From assembly GCA_051294905.1 (NCBI GenBank), contig CM119372.1, positions 28,708,001 through 28,772,000 of the forward strand: 64,000 bases of DNA, given 5' to 3'. Within the stretch, counting starts at the first letter, position 1; every line of letters begins with the position of its first letter. The position numbers were made by a program, and so were the translations under genes. Under the pieces are notes generated by a model that made no database searches, had not been told where the DNA came from, and was given only the letters and a program-made list of their open reading frames with translations. Positions 27,411 to 39,950 of this stretch are shown in pieces. The stretch comes from Botryllus schlosseri. Its lineage: Eukaryota.

Positions 27411-28188
27411 CGGTATTACCAATTTACTTCAAAAATTAGATGTCCCAGTGACGGTTAAATGACTATCAATAACCATTAGGCATGTGTAAACATCTGATTA
27501 ACGATGGCATACAAAGTTGTTTCATTGTGACACAAAAGTATTCTTTATGCAATTAACATGGAAGAATGCCTTTCGAAATATCCTTCCTTTTTCATGTTTT
27601 ATAACATGGACTCTCTAATGCCCTTATCTGTATGAATCATTCAACGATGACATAGATCCAATCCTGTATCAATAAAATGTAGATAAAACAATCTTGGTGT
27701 AGCTCTTGTGTATGAGTCGGCAACTAATACGGCATGTAACTTACTAATTTTCTCATTACACACTATACTGATTACAAGCACACACACTCTCGCTACTAGT
27801 AAACATTCGTCAGAAACGAAATTTGGGAAGTAGTCAAATAGCTTATGTCTATCTACATGTACTTAGTCAAGTATTCAAGGAATAGGACTTGCAGTCTTTC
27901 TTAGTCATTTGTTCGACCCAAGCAACTGAACTACACTACAGATATTTTTAATTTTGTCCAGTGGGAAGCAGCGTAGGGTGTGTGGTCATGGACATTGAAG
28001 ATGTTCGACATTTGCTGTCTTGAGGGATTATTTAATGGAAGTATCAAGTATAAAAAAAAACTTGAACATTTGTTACACATCTGCCAGATAATATAAACAT
28101 TCCGTAATTTCCTCAGAATTGTGTCGCGAGCCGGATGCGGCCCGCGAGCCACATGTTTGATACAACTGGTGTACTGTACACTGTACAG

Positions 28189-30081
28189 TAGGGTTGTTCA
28201 GATTTGAAAAATTGTCCGGAAACTGCGTTCGCCGTATTCCAAATGATAGTTTAGTATATAAAAATACTTTTATACGCGATTTTGGTCATCTTCATCCTGA
28301 CCTTCCTTCCCCTCACAGCCCCCAAAGATCCACTGGGCAATTCTCCTTCCTATACGTGGTATGTATGGTTGACTATGTCACCGGTTTATTGCTTTGTGAC
28401 GTTATCAGATGAAAACGGCAGTTTGGAGATAGGATTTTGCAATAAAATAAATATGTTTTTAAAATTGTACTTAAATGCAGTCCTATAGAGGCCACATGCA
28501 TCTCAGTTTTGCTCTGCACAACCTGTCTATCATGTGAATGGGAAGCATGTCTTGGTTGCACGGTAGACAATAGACATCGACTTGTTTTGAATCGTACATT
28601 GAAGAAGCGCCGTTGGGTTGCAAGTCGAGAACAAATGCAGATATTTTCTGCTAGTTTTCAGCCTGAAGATATTATATACTGGTATTTAATGTCAGTAATA
28701 CTTTTCTGAACTTTAAATAATCTGTAAAATTCCGAGTTATCTTGTTTTATGGTAGACTGCAATTAGGTTGAAGAAGATTGTGTGAAACAAAGCGGAGAAG
28801 GGTTTTTCTGGACCCATCCTGAACAAGATTCAAGTCTGCTCACTATTTGGTCTGATATTCTGGTCCCTATTTGGTCGGATATTCATCTGAACGTATTAGT
28901 CACTCCAAGGCACCTACTCTAGATCAGGTTCTACAGTATTTGCTATATCTAAAAGAAAATTGCCATAAGACTGCCACAACGCAGGTCTGTGTTCTTCTAA
29001 GTTGGAAGTTAGTTTAGGTTGCCAAAGTATAGATTAGAACAAGAATACCTATAAGGCAAGCGCAGAACATTGTGTAGATGCATTGTTTCACACATTCTTC
29101 AACTAAATTGCAGTCTACTATGGCGCGCTTCGGCACGCTGTCTGAGTATATAGACTACGTTGCGTTCCCTATAGGGTCCGCAACAGCGAGTCGGCGGGTA
29201 CGTTGGCAGGCACTTTATTGTACGACAGAAAACATCAGCGGACTGACGGTAAAACATCGGATAAGATAAACAGCGTTGGTCGTACAGCGACGGTCGATCG
29301 TCAGATAAAAAGGCGGCGGCACTCGTCATGTAAAAAGGCGGCAGCACTTTTCAGGTAAAAAGGCGGCAGCACTTGTCAGGTAAAAAGGCGGCATGTATCT
29401 AACGAAGGTCTTCTTTAAATAATCAAAATCCAGACAGATTCGCGCACAACGATCAGCAATGATGGGTAATTGATGATCCGACGTCGAGAGGGTATGTGCA
29501 GTACACCAATCCACCATACTACAATAAAATAAGATAACTCGGTATTTTACCTATGATTTGAAGTTTGGAAAAGTATTACTGACATTACATACCTTTAAAT
29601 AATATCTTCTGGCTGAAAACTAGCAGGAAATATTCGCATTTGTTCTCGAATTGCAACCCAACGGATCTTCTTCAATGTACGATTCAAAACAATTCGATGT
29701 CTACCATGCAACCAATACATGCTTCCCATGAACATAATAGACCGGTTGTGCAGAGCAAAATGGAGATGCAAATGGCCTTAATAGGACTGCATTTAAGTAC
29801 TGTACAATCTTGAAAACATATATATTTCATTGCAAAATCTCATCTCCACGCGGCCGTTTTCAACTGATAACGTCACAAAGCAATAAACCTGTGACATGGT
29901 CAACACTGCAGATCCAGTATTTAGGAGAATTGCCCCGTGGATCTTTGTGGACTTTGAGTTGAAGGAAGATCAAGATGAAGATGACCAAAATCGCGTAGAA
30001 AAGTGTTTTTATATAGTAAACTATCATTTGGAATACGGCGAACGAAGTTTCCGGACAATTTTTCAAATCTGAACAACCCTA
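28189..30081. mobile_element. Foldback hAT-type MITE (TAGGGTTGTTCA termini)
   Basis: Perfect TSD ctgtacag and long inverted arms. The terminal motif matches 11410-13050 but the body differs. Central aaaaaggcggc repeats at ~29305-29395. Confidence 0.92.
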
Positions 30082-30348
30082 CTGTACAGCATTAAAGCAC
30101 TGACTGGGCATTTAAATACCGGTACTGCGTTCGTTAATATCAAGAAGTCATACACTCGAATTCAATCTGGGGTGATTATTCAAGTGTAACTGCAGCAAGA
30201 GCTATATGAGCGCGTGTTGCGACCTTATCATTACACATCCGCTTCCTACTAAACACCCAACGGTTTGAATATTCGATATTGGTGCGCTCGTTGCCAATCC
30301 GTCCGGTGTCGATCAAGTTTACTGGAATAAAGAAGGTTCCCCACCAAG

Positions 30349-30566
30349 CAGGGTTGTAATGACTCGAGTCACGGTTTTCTGATGACTCGACTTGACTCGA
30401 GTCATTTTCTCAAAATAAGGAAATGACTCGACTCGACTCGAGTCAATATGTGTATTGACTAGACTTGGGCCCGAGTCATTACACATGACTCGAACCAAGT
30501 CATATGATTCGAGACTCAGACGGCGATTACGTTTCATTGTAATTTCGAAGAGTAGTAAATTACAAG
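30349..30566. mobile_element. Half MITE of the 5173-5684 family, cut at the start of the 30567 element
   Basis: Begins cagggttgtaatgactcgagtc and matches the reverse complement of the right half of 5173-5684 up to tttcattgtaatttc...tagtaaa. Confidence 0.8.
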
Positions 30567-31860
30567 CAGCACCGTAACTGCCGCACCCCAAACCCCCCAA
30601 TTGGGGGGGGCCCGAGCTCGAAGGGGGCCCCAAATTATTTCGTGAATTAGCATAAATTATAGAGTATTTTTTGAAAATTTATGCAATATTTTCCAAAATT
30701 TTTCGCGCTGCGCGCGATTTAAAGTTGCCAAATGTCTTGATTATTTGGTACTCTTCCCCAAAGAAAAAACACGCAAGATTTATAGAAATGGACATATCGG
30801 CGTTGGCCATTAATACGCCACTACGCATCAAGATATATAACGATTTAGGACTTATTACATGCGACTCCAAGAAGTGTGCCAGAACGATCGGCAGCACGAA
30901 AAGCTTGGCCGAAACAGACTGCCCTTATGCAGACCGAAAACTTCGTTATATAGGCCTATACAAAATAATAGGTTTAATTGTCCATAGGCGCCTAAATGAC
31001 TGGCGCCATATGTTGCTTCCTGTCTTGGCAATCTGAACCTCAGAAGACAAATACCATCCAGCAGGAAAAAAATATATGCCTGTGAAGAAATACCAATTTG
31101 AAATCGTGTGCGTCTTTTAGTTTAGTACGTTTGAGCGATTCTATATTTTTGATATAGCAGCCAGGAGGTCACGAAATAAAATCATGTAACGAAGTCATAC
31201 CAACGGGTCCGTCCGAAGATGTTTAATTATTATTTACGGGCCCTACAGTTTCAGGTAAATCTGATAACGTGAGCAGAGAGGACAAGATATTGATAGCAAT
31301 ATATTAGCAATTCCCGATCTTATTGACCGATTGTATCATGAATTATCGAAAATTTTCGCGCTTCGAGCTGGCTCACTAAGCAGTGCAGCTAATTTCGTGG
31401 CATAAGCGAACACTGTGATGAGGGGGTCGGTTTATCACCCTATGAGACCCCCAAACCCAAGTTTTTGTGGGGGGGCGAGGCTGACGAAGTGCTGTTTCGT
31501 TCCTGCCAATGGGTATACGCCCGAAGTTGTCTAATTATTATTGGGCGGTCCTACGTTTTAAAACATACCTCGCTCAGCTCTACCGGTAAATCTGATTACG
31601 TGAGCAGGGAGAGGATCAAAATTGATAGCAATATATATGTAATTCCCGATCATATTGCCTGATTCAATCATGATTTACTGAAATTTTTCGCGCTTCGCGC
31701 GTCTAGGCGGCAAAAGCTGATTCACCAAACGATCCCCCAATGCAGATGTGAAATAGCGTCAAAAAGCGGACAGCCAAAGGGGGGTCTGGGGGGCGAAGCC
31801 CCTCAGAAGTTAGGTTTATCACCCTCTGGGGGGGCCTGACGAAGTGCTGTTACGGCCCTG
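30567..31860. mobile_element. Non-autonomous hAT-type element, right copy
   Basis: Direct, visibly diverged homologue of 13559-14806 with the same termini. Confidence 0.85.
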
Positions 31861-32218
31861 GTGATAAATACACCCGAGAGCGATTTTGGGCATACGCCAG
31901 ATAGTACTAGTACTATTTCAGGTAGAGCCAAACGCAACGAAATAGTGTCCTGTCATTTTACGTAACTGGAACGTGATAAGCTTTGTCAACAGGAGTTTGC
32001 GTACCATCTGGAATGGTACATTAAACGGTCTTTCTTATCTCATGCTGTCATATTTTGTGATACGATTGTTAATATACAATGTTTTCAATTCTGTGAACAA
32101 CTCGCTACCTATTACCAGCCGACAAATATTTGGGTTTCAGTTGTTAATAAACAAAGAATTGCAGTCGAAATATTTGCAAAGTTGGGCAAGGTTTGGGATG
32201 GTAGGCCTATTTTAAAGT

Positions 32219-33687
32219 CAACCAGTCATATTTTTTTTTTCAAGCAGTATAGTTCCTCTGCCATTTCCATCTTCTTCTCTTCATTACGACGTTGCAGTAC
32301 AGCATTTTCCATTTGGAAGCGATATAGATCCATCCTCATTGAATGCTCCTTTGCATTCATTGCATGGATCTGACTGCACAAGCCTGTATTGAAATAGGCA
32401 CATATGAAAGATCATGTATGACAACGTATATGCATGCAATGGGAAAATCCTTGTCTACTGTGGCATTCTATCAACACCGTTGAAAGCACCATAACCATTT
32501 GATTACGTGCAGGTAAAATTTGCAACAAACCTTCAAGTTTAGGATTATCCATCCACGGTCTTTTCCGCGCCTTCACAATTGGAGTAGACGCTGCTGCATG
32601 CGCGATGTTTTCACTATCATCACTAATAATGCTGCCTGAATAAACAATAGATTGAAAATGCTGAGGTTCATTAAAATTGAAATGTCTCTGCTGCACACAC
32701 ACCGAAATTGCTGCAATTATTGTTGGATGCTTCTGGCACATCACATCTGTTTGTCTCACTTTCTGTTAAAACAAACAAAGATCCTGTCAGAAGCTTTCGA
32801 ATCTGTAACCTGCTTAGATCACAAGGATGTGGCAGTATCTTCGTCTGCTGTAACTATTCCAATTGCAACTAAAAGGCCTCTGCTCACCTATCGGTTCATC
32901 ATCTGGTATTTGTGCTGCAAAACAATTGGTAAGTATCAATGTAAATACTCATCACATACAAATATGTGAATTGAATACCCACTGAATAATATGTCAATAA
33001 GTTGATCCTGTTTATCGGGCTCATTACCGAATTCCGGTACTTTCTCTGCATCAAAGTCATATGGATTTTGCAGTGGTTCTATCTGTGACGGAATGATGCC
33101 TGGAAATGAACAGCAATATAACTTTGTGATATCGTTCTCTGGAAAGCACATCCCACACTTTCTAGATCTGTTTGCGCTAGATCCGAAATAAAAATTTACT
33201 ATGGGACGTAGTTATAGGTAAACTTTCACATCACCTGTCAGCTGTAGAATTTTTTGATTGATAATCTGTTGTAATTAACTCATGATATCTGTTCTCAACT
33301 ATAGGCTCGATACAACCACTGTAGTACAGTAACAAACTAAACTATAAAATATGAATCTTACTAAGTATTTTCTTGGACATCTCGTCCAACTCAGGAGGTG
33401 GAGGTCCTCCTCCGGTTTTGAAAGCGCATATGCCTTTGTTTCGCGAAATCCTTTTTGGTCTTCTGCTTCAAATTACGCCACAGGTTTTGCAGCTGACGGT
33501 GTGTCCGCTTGCAGCCAGTTGTCCGAGAGTTGAAATTTTCAGCAATTTCAATCCAGCAGTTCTCTTTTTGCTTACTAGTCTTGCCATCTGTTGCTTTGCT
33601 CTCAATAATTTTAGAATAACTTTCAGCCAATTCTACTATCAAATGTTTTTCTAACTTTGAATAGTTTTCTCCTCGCTTCACAGCCAT
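32219..33687 (-). pseudogene. Harbinger Myb/SANT-like DNA-binding protein, multi-exon, frameshifted
   Basis: MAVKRGENYSKLEKHLIVEL...IIESKATD.....KENCWIEIAENFN....RT.RQLQNLWRNLKQKTKK followed by a frameshifted TGGGPPP and a GT donor near 33364. The last exon is coiled-coil-like (~32219-32393). Internal exons were not fully resolved. Confidence 0.8.
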
Positions 33688-34937
33688 TTTAGAAACCTGT
33701 AGACTGAGCAATGGAATCATGATCATTACTCACATCAGTAATAGAGCAGTGTAACAGCACCAAATAAACCTAAGTCAAACATTATCAGGCACCGAAGACT
33801 GGATAAGAACCGGCTACCGATATTTACCGATTCCCGAAGAGAAAATTTATGTCACATCAAATGATTGATGGACAAACTGGACATGGTTATCACTTTACCG
33901 GTACTAAACACCATCATCATTTTCCGGCAAGCAAATTATCATCATTTGCGCCATGCAAATGGTTAAATAGCTTTATTCCCATCGGTTCGCTCTGTGGAGA
34001 AATCCTGGCTAATGTACGACCCACAAAATAAAATAGCCCACTTCTCACTTGATCATGACAGCCATTCACTTTCTATATTGAAAACCATAGCATATAGCCA
34101 GCACTACAGGCTTCCGGGCTACAATGAGGGTAGCAAGCTACCGATACTATACAGCAGTAGCTATACCCGCAAAGACTAATCAGGACCTTAATCTAGCTGC
34201 CGAGGTTGATTAAATTTTAACACTTGATTAACTTTAATTACAATCTGTGCAGTATAATTTCAGAAATTAACGTTACTAATCACTAGCATCCGTGCACCCG
34301 ACCCTTAAAGAGCGAGGTTGCCTTGATTGAACTGAAAGATAGGCCTGTCCTTGCACAACCACGCAGTTTCGGATTCAACCAAGAAATAGAAAACTTCACT
34401 TACCTTCAGTAGTGAAATCCACAGCCTTGCGGTCGCGCGGCGTCTTGAGGTGCTGAACAGAACAGTCTTCTAAACGGGTGTTGTGACTGTGCGTCCCTCT
34501 TGCACAGAAGCAAACAGGAACCACCTGAAATACAAAATACAAAGATTAGCAACATATCAGGATTAAAACTAACTGACATACAAGGAAACTGAGAGGTAAA
34601 GACAACAGCAGACAGCTACATAGGCATAGAAATTGCCGATATTAGGTTTAGAGTATTGGAGGAATTGGACAAAGTGGCAGTAGAGATTTTGACAAGGCGG
34701 CATACCACAACGCATAAATAGAAGCTTGTAAACAACATACGAGCATAATACAGTTTGTGGAGATCAATAAATACCAAATAAAATAGAAATATCGCCACAA
34801 ATTCCAGGCTGCGGACAGAAGACCCGCGATTAGATAGACATTCGGACGGAACAAAGGACACCTTTGTCTCCCAATTTTTTGATTGTCTAGCGGCATTGTT
34901 GATATAACTAGCCACAGAGCGGTCAGAGGCTAAAAGA

Positions 34938-36029
34938 ATGAAAGGGAGAACTAGGTCAATCGACCTAATCTTCAGTGTAGATATAGAATTGAAACAAGCG
35001 ATTCAGCTGGTAACAGAAAATAAACAACTGAAAGAAAATATTGCACAACTTGAAGGCCTATTCCAAAACGGCAGACGTGCATACAACCTAACCTATGAAA
35101 CGGAAGAAATAAGAACAGAGATAATGAAAAAAACAAAAGGAATGATCAAAACGGAAGGTTATACAGTGTGGCTGTACAAACCTAGAAATCAGAAATACAC
35201 AATAAACATCAGGGCAGTTCCCACTGAGATTGAAAACAGTGAAATAAAAGAAATATTATCGGCCTTAAACTGCGGAAAAGTTGGTACAGTTGAAAAAGTG
35301 CATCACAAGGGCACGACGATATACAACGGCTTCAGGCGAGTCGAGCTTGAAGACGAAATAAAGGAAAACATTCCTGAAATGTTGGAAGTAGATGGTGTGA
35401 AGTGCAGAGTCTTCCAACCTATGGGAAGGGAAAAACTCTGCAACCTTTGCTTCGGCAAAGATCACATCACAAAAGACTGCTCCAATGAGATAGTCTGTTG
35501 GTATTGTAAAAAACCTGGACACAAACAAAATGAGTGTGAAAGAAAAAACGAAGACTTTCCACGTCTGAATGAAACGAACACAGAAAAAGTAAAAAAAAAT
35601 AGCCTTGAAAAGGCTGGAACAGTACAAAAACCAGAAGATGACGAGAGTACATCGAGCGAGGAAGATGAAGAATTGAGTGATGATGACTCTGTCAAACAAG
35701 CACCCAAATACAGTGAAAATAACGAAACCCAAGAAAAAACAATTGTAGAGGAGGTAGAAATAGAATACGTGCCGAACCTGTCTTCTGATGGCTCGGACAC
35801 AGACGAGGGAGAGAAAGAGGAGAAGGGAAGTAAACAGGCTGAAAACGAATGTGACAGCCCCGTGGTAAAAAAATTCACTGCGGAAGAAAAAGAACAAATC
35901 TTGCAGAGGTGGCAACAGTCCACCTCAAAAGCGAGGAAGCACAGGAACAGAAATAATCGGCAACCGAAATTTAGGCATCAAGATCAAACAACGCCAACGC
36001 AGAACAGATTCACCCCTCTTACCAAATAA
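34938..36029 (+). CDS. Tx1 element A ORF1 (gag-like; probably extended upstream before decay)
   Basis: INIRAVP.EI motif, NGFRRV, two CCHC knuckles (CNLCFGKDHITKDC, CWYCKKPGHKQNEC) and an acidic tail. Confidence 0.85.
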   Translation: MKGRTRSIDLIFSVDIELKQAIQLVTENKQLKENIAQLEGLFQNGRRAYNLTYETEEIRTEIMKKTKGMIKTEGYTVWLYKPRNQKYTINIRAVPTEIENSEIKEILSALNCGKVGTVEKVHHKGTTIYNGFRRVELEDEIKENIPEMLEVDGVKCRVFQPMGREKLCNLCFGKDHITKDCSNEIVCWYCKKPGHKQNECERKNEDFPRLNETNTEKVKKNSLEKAGTVQKPEDDESTSSEEDEELSDDDSVKQAPKYSENNETQEKTIVEEVEIEYVPNLSSDGSDTDEGEKEEKGSKQAENECDSPVVKKFTAEEKEQILQRWQQSTSKARKHRNRNNRQPKFRHQDQTTPTQNRFTPLTK

Positions 36030-39000
36030 ATAAATTCAAGATCGTAACAATCAACATAAATGGTATGCACAGAAGTTGGAAGAAGCTAAAATTAATACTA
36101 GAAAAGAGAAAATTAGACATACTGTGTATACAAGAAACGCATAAATTAGACAAGGAATCGATAAAAAAGGGATGCGACCAATTGAACTATATAACATATT
36201 TTAACTGCTTGAATAAAAATGAAACTTGGTACGCTGCGACAAACGACAAAAAGCTGTACTTCCAAGGCACAGCAATATTAATCAGAAAAGAGCTAGCAGA
36301 GAAGTACCAGATAAAAGAGAAAACAATAGTCAAGCATAGAGCACAAAAAGTAAGCTTAAAGAACCAAGACAACAATACAGAAATCTGGAACGTGTATGCT
36401 CCCGCAGAGGTAGGCAAGCAACAGACAGATTTCTTTAAAACGATTAATAGAAAAATGAAAACAAAAATAAATAGAAAGGTCATATGCGGCGACTTCAACA
36501 TGATCTGCCACAAGCTAGATGCTCGATTTGTTGATAAATACAGACCTACCGCTGCAGCAAAAAGCTGGAAGGACACTTGTAGGGAACACAACCTCATAGA
36601 TGTCTTCAGAACCAGACACCCCTTGAAAAAACTTTACACAATTAAAAGATTCCATCAAGAGAGAAGGATTGACAGGGTGTACTGCTCCAAAGAGATACAA
36701 CAAGAAATACAAGGATTTGAATATAAAATTAATTTGATGTCAGACCACTTATACATGGGAATCTTGACAATTAGAAAACTTAAATCAAACAAATGGGGTC
36801 CAGGAATTTGGAAAAATAATGTTGAATTATACAAGAATAAAGCGGTTAGGTCTGAGATAACACAAATATACGTGTTATATGCAGAGCAAAAAAAAAACGA
36901 ACAGTCACATCACTGAGTGGTGGGACGGAATAAAAACCGTTATAAAGAACGTATTAATAAGGAACGGGAAAGAACTAAGTACGGAAAGGAAAAAAAGAAT
37001 GAGAATCCTAACAGCCAAGATAAATAACGTAGAAAGGAATTCGGCAGAATTTCACGAATTAGTTTCGGAACTAGGAGACCTAGAGAAAGAAGACTTCAAA
37101 AAATCATTAATACAAACAGGTATTGGTGATAGAGAGATAAATGAAAAACCAAGTAAAGAATTCTTCGAAAGACTGAGATCCAAGATAGAGAAACAAAACA
37201 TAACACAATTAGTAGATGATGATCAGAACTTGCTAACAGATGAAAAAGAAATAATGGGAGAAGTAATGAACTTCTACCAAAATTTATGGGGTAGAAAACC
37301 AACAACAGATAGGCACAAACAATGCCAATTTGTAGAAGAAGTAAGGAACATAGAAATAACAAAAGAACAGAACAAAGGGATATCCTTAACGGCCCCATTT
37401 CTGAAGATGAAATAAAGTAGGCTATCGATAAAATGCAGAACGGGAAATCGCCGGGCAGCGATGGACTATCTGCTGAATTTTATAAAGCCTTCTGGAAATT
37501 TATTAAGACTGAACTAACAGAAGTCATGAATAATGCCTTTTTGTTTAATCAACTATGTGAATCCTGGACAAAGGGCATAGTTAAAATGATTTATAAAAAA
37601 GGAGATAACAAAGAACTTAGAAACTACCGTCCGTTGACACTACTCAACACGGACTATAAGATCCTATCTAAAATAATTAACAGAAGACTGTCAGAGATCA
37701 TGCCTAACATCATTTACAAAAGCCAAAAATGCAGCGTGAACCAACGCTACATTCATGACGCCACCCTGAACATTAAAGCAGCCATCGATTACACCAAGTA
37801 TAAAAAGAAGCCCTTATTCATAGCCAGTTTCGACCAAGAGAAGGCTTTCGATATGGTAAATCATGAATATTTGATGAAATTGATCGAAACATTGAACCTT
37901 GGGACAAAATTCCACAGATATATCGAAACGACGTATAAAAAAGCAACCAGCAATGTAGTGGCAAATGGGAAGATATCGCAGACAATTAAAATCAAAAGAG
38001 GAATAAGGCAGGGCTGCCCAATGAGTATGTCACTGTACGCCATTGCGGCAGACCCCTTGATAAGAAAAATAATAAAAGACGAAAATATCACAGGTGTTTC
38101 GATAGGCAATCAGGGCGAAATGAAAATGCAGCAGTACGCTGACGACCTGACAGCAACAGTAACGGACGAGGAATCTATAATAGAAGTCCTGCAACATCTG
38201 CAGGACTTTGAAAGAACCACGGGCCAGAAAGTTAACAAAAAAAAGACACAAATCCTTGCGACAAACAAGGAAGCGAAGAAAAGAAGGAGAAACCCAGAGA
38301 TCAACGAGTTCTACCACGAACAAATTAAGGTACTGGGACTCCTCCTAGGGGAAAAGAACGTAGAGGAGATGTGGATGAGAAAAATAGTTAAAGTTAAAAA
38401 CATACTTAACTTATGCAAAGGAAGAGACCTTACCTGGATTGGTAAAAAGAACGTGCTTAACAGCTTGGCAACCTCGCAGATTCTGTATGTGGCGCGAGTG
38501 TATCCACCTGGAAAACAACATACAAAAGCACTTAACAAACTGTTCTTTGAGTTTCTTTACTACCCAGAAAAGATGGAGACGATATCCAGGAATAAACTAG
38601 CCTGATATCCAGGAATAAACTAGCCTCAAGTAAAGAAAAGGGAGGCATGGCAATTCCATTCCCAATATGGAAAGCCACTACTAGCGACATAATGAAGATG
38701 AGAGACCTAGCTAATATTGACACACCAGAAGAATTTTGGCAAAAACACGCATTATATCAATTAGGAACCAAAATCATCCAAATTAATCCGAAACTGTACA
38801 CCAACAGAACCCCGCACAAAAATGTACCAAATAAAGATTGGGCCATAACATGGAAAAAATACAAAAATCTGAAGTGGGGAAGAGAACAGCTTCAAGAAGC
38901 TAACTTCAAAACAATATATACTACATTAACAGACATGCGGGAAGAAAAGGAAGACACGATCACAAACATTAATTGGCTAGGACTTAACAAATCAAAGAAA

Positions 39001-39519
39001 AACAGAGAGATAAAACCAACAAATAAAGAAAAGATTATAAATTACAGAATAGCACAAGACGGATATAACTTAGGAACGAACAAAAAAAGACGTGGAATGC
39101 TAGAAATAATAAAAGGGAAAATGGAAGAACACAAATGCAAATACTGCAAAATAAAAGAGGAGACGGTAGACCACGTATTTGCCGAGTGCACAGTGACGCT
39201 AGCGGTTCTGAGAGGCGTGGAGAGAATCCTGGAATTGTCACCTGCAAAAAGAGAAATGATATTAATGAACAAGCTGAATTCAGATGGCTTGGTACTTACA
39301 TTGTTATCAATCTACAAGAGAACGGTGTTGACACAAAAACAACACCTTGACATCGAAAATATGTACTTGAAGGAAGAAAAGAAATGGAGAAGAGACGCAA
39401 TCAAGAAAATCATGGGGAAACTGTTGCAGAGATTCAAGCTGCACGAAAATACTCAGAAGAACAAAGAAATAAAGAGTTGGACGGAAAAAATAACAACTTT
39501 CCTGTCCAAAGAAGAATGA
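36030..39519 (+). pseudogene. Tx1 element A ORF2: APE endonuclease, RT and C-terminal zinc finger, frameshifted
   Basis: TINING, CIQETH, NVYAP, GDFN, RRIDRVY, SDH, WGPGIWKNN, KSPGSDG, NYRPLTLLNTDYK, DQEKAFD, GIRQGCPMS, QYADD and CKYC..EETVDHVFAEC. Frameshifts near 36890 and 37410, plus a 23-bp duplication at ~38581-38626. Confidence 0.92.
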
Positions 39520-39814
39520 AAAATTGGACAGGAAATGTGAATGCCTTCCTGTCCAAAATGAACGAAAACAGACGGGAAAAGACAACATACCTGATGAGAC
39601 GACGTGGACGCCTGATGAGGATTGGCGAAAGGATGGGAGGATGGGAAAGGATGGGATGATGGAAAAGAAGATGGAAATGAAAAGATGCGCGGCGATTTCA
39701 TGTATTTCATGCATTTCATGTTATTTTGTGCCGCGCGCGTAAATTAATTTGCAATTTTTGTGTTCAAATTATATGAATGTAATAAATATTCGGCGGAAAG
39801 CCCAAAAAAAAAAA

Positions 39815-39950
39815 ATGATCAAAAAGGCGGTTCTGCCCGGGCGAGGCCTAGCCATTGCACTTCGGCTTGGTTGACCTCGGCGATTACCCCAAATGTGGGT
39901 AACTCGGTCGCGTAATTTCTGGTAGTGGGGTCTGCGTTCGCGCTAACCCT
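39815..39950 (+). pseudogene. U1: U1 snRNA, 3' fragment (partner of 9840-9878)
   Basis: Starts at the TSD and contains the SL2 loop attgcac, Sm site aatttctgg and SL4. Confidence 0.92.

Larger units (their letters stand above)
13559..31860. mobile_element. Composite hAT-type unit: two direct MITE copies enclosing ~15.8 kb of cargo
   Basis: Perfect 8-bp TSD gtgataaa at 13551-13558 and 31861-31868. The Harbinger transposase frame resumes exactly after it. Confidence 0.85.
10942..31965 (+). pseudogene. Harbinger (HARBI1-like) DDE transposase in three pieces: 10942-11409, 13059-13558, 31869-31965
   Basis: The joined pieces give ~354 codons with IGLIDGTHIPI, NRKGYFSVNVQVVC, WPGSTHDSRIF, LLGDSGYPL, IERAFGVWKQRF, ACIHN and terminal GRAKRNEIVSCHFT*. 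There is one premature TGA at 11221. Confidence 0.88.
10488..34304 (+). mobile_element. PIF/Harbinger DNA transposon (~3.9 kb net of nested insertions)
   Basis: 21-bp TIR gggtcgggtgcatggatgcta / tagcatccgtgcacccgaccc with 1 mismatch, TTAA on both flanks. It encodes a convergent DDE transposase and Myb/SANT gene. Confidence 0.9.
9879..39814 (+). mobile_element. Tx1/L1-clade non-LTR retrotransposon, family A, inserted in U1 (~6.1 kb net of nested insertions)
   Basis: 13-bp TSD atgatcaaaaagg at 9866-9878 and 39815-39827, aataaa at 39781 and an A-tail at 39804-39814. ORF1 and ORF2 lie at 34.9-39.5 kb. Confidence 0.88.

Noticed and set aside
35265..35923. Long minus-strand ORFs opposite LINE ORF1 (also 44111-44716)
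   Set aside because: These are antisense shadows of A-rich coding sequence with F/L/S-biased composition.
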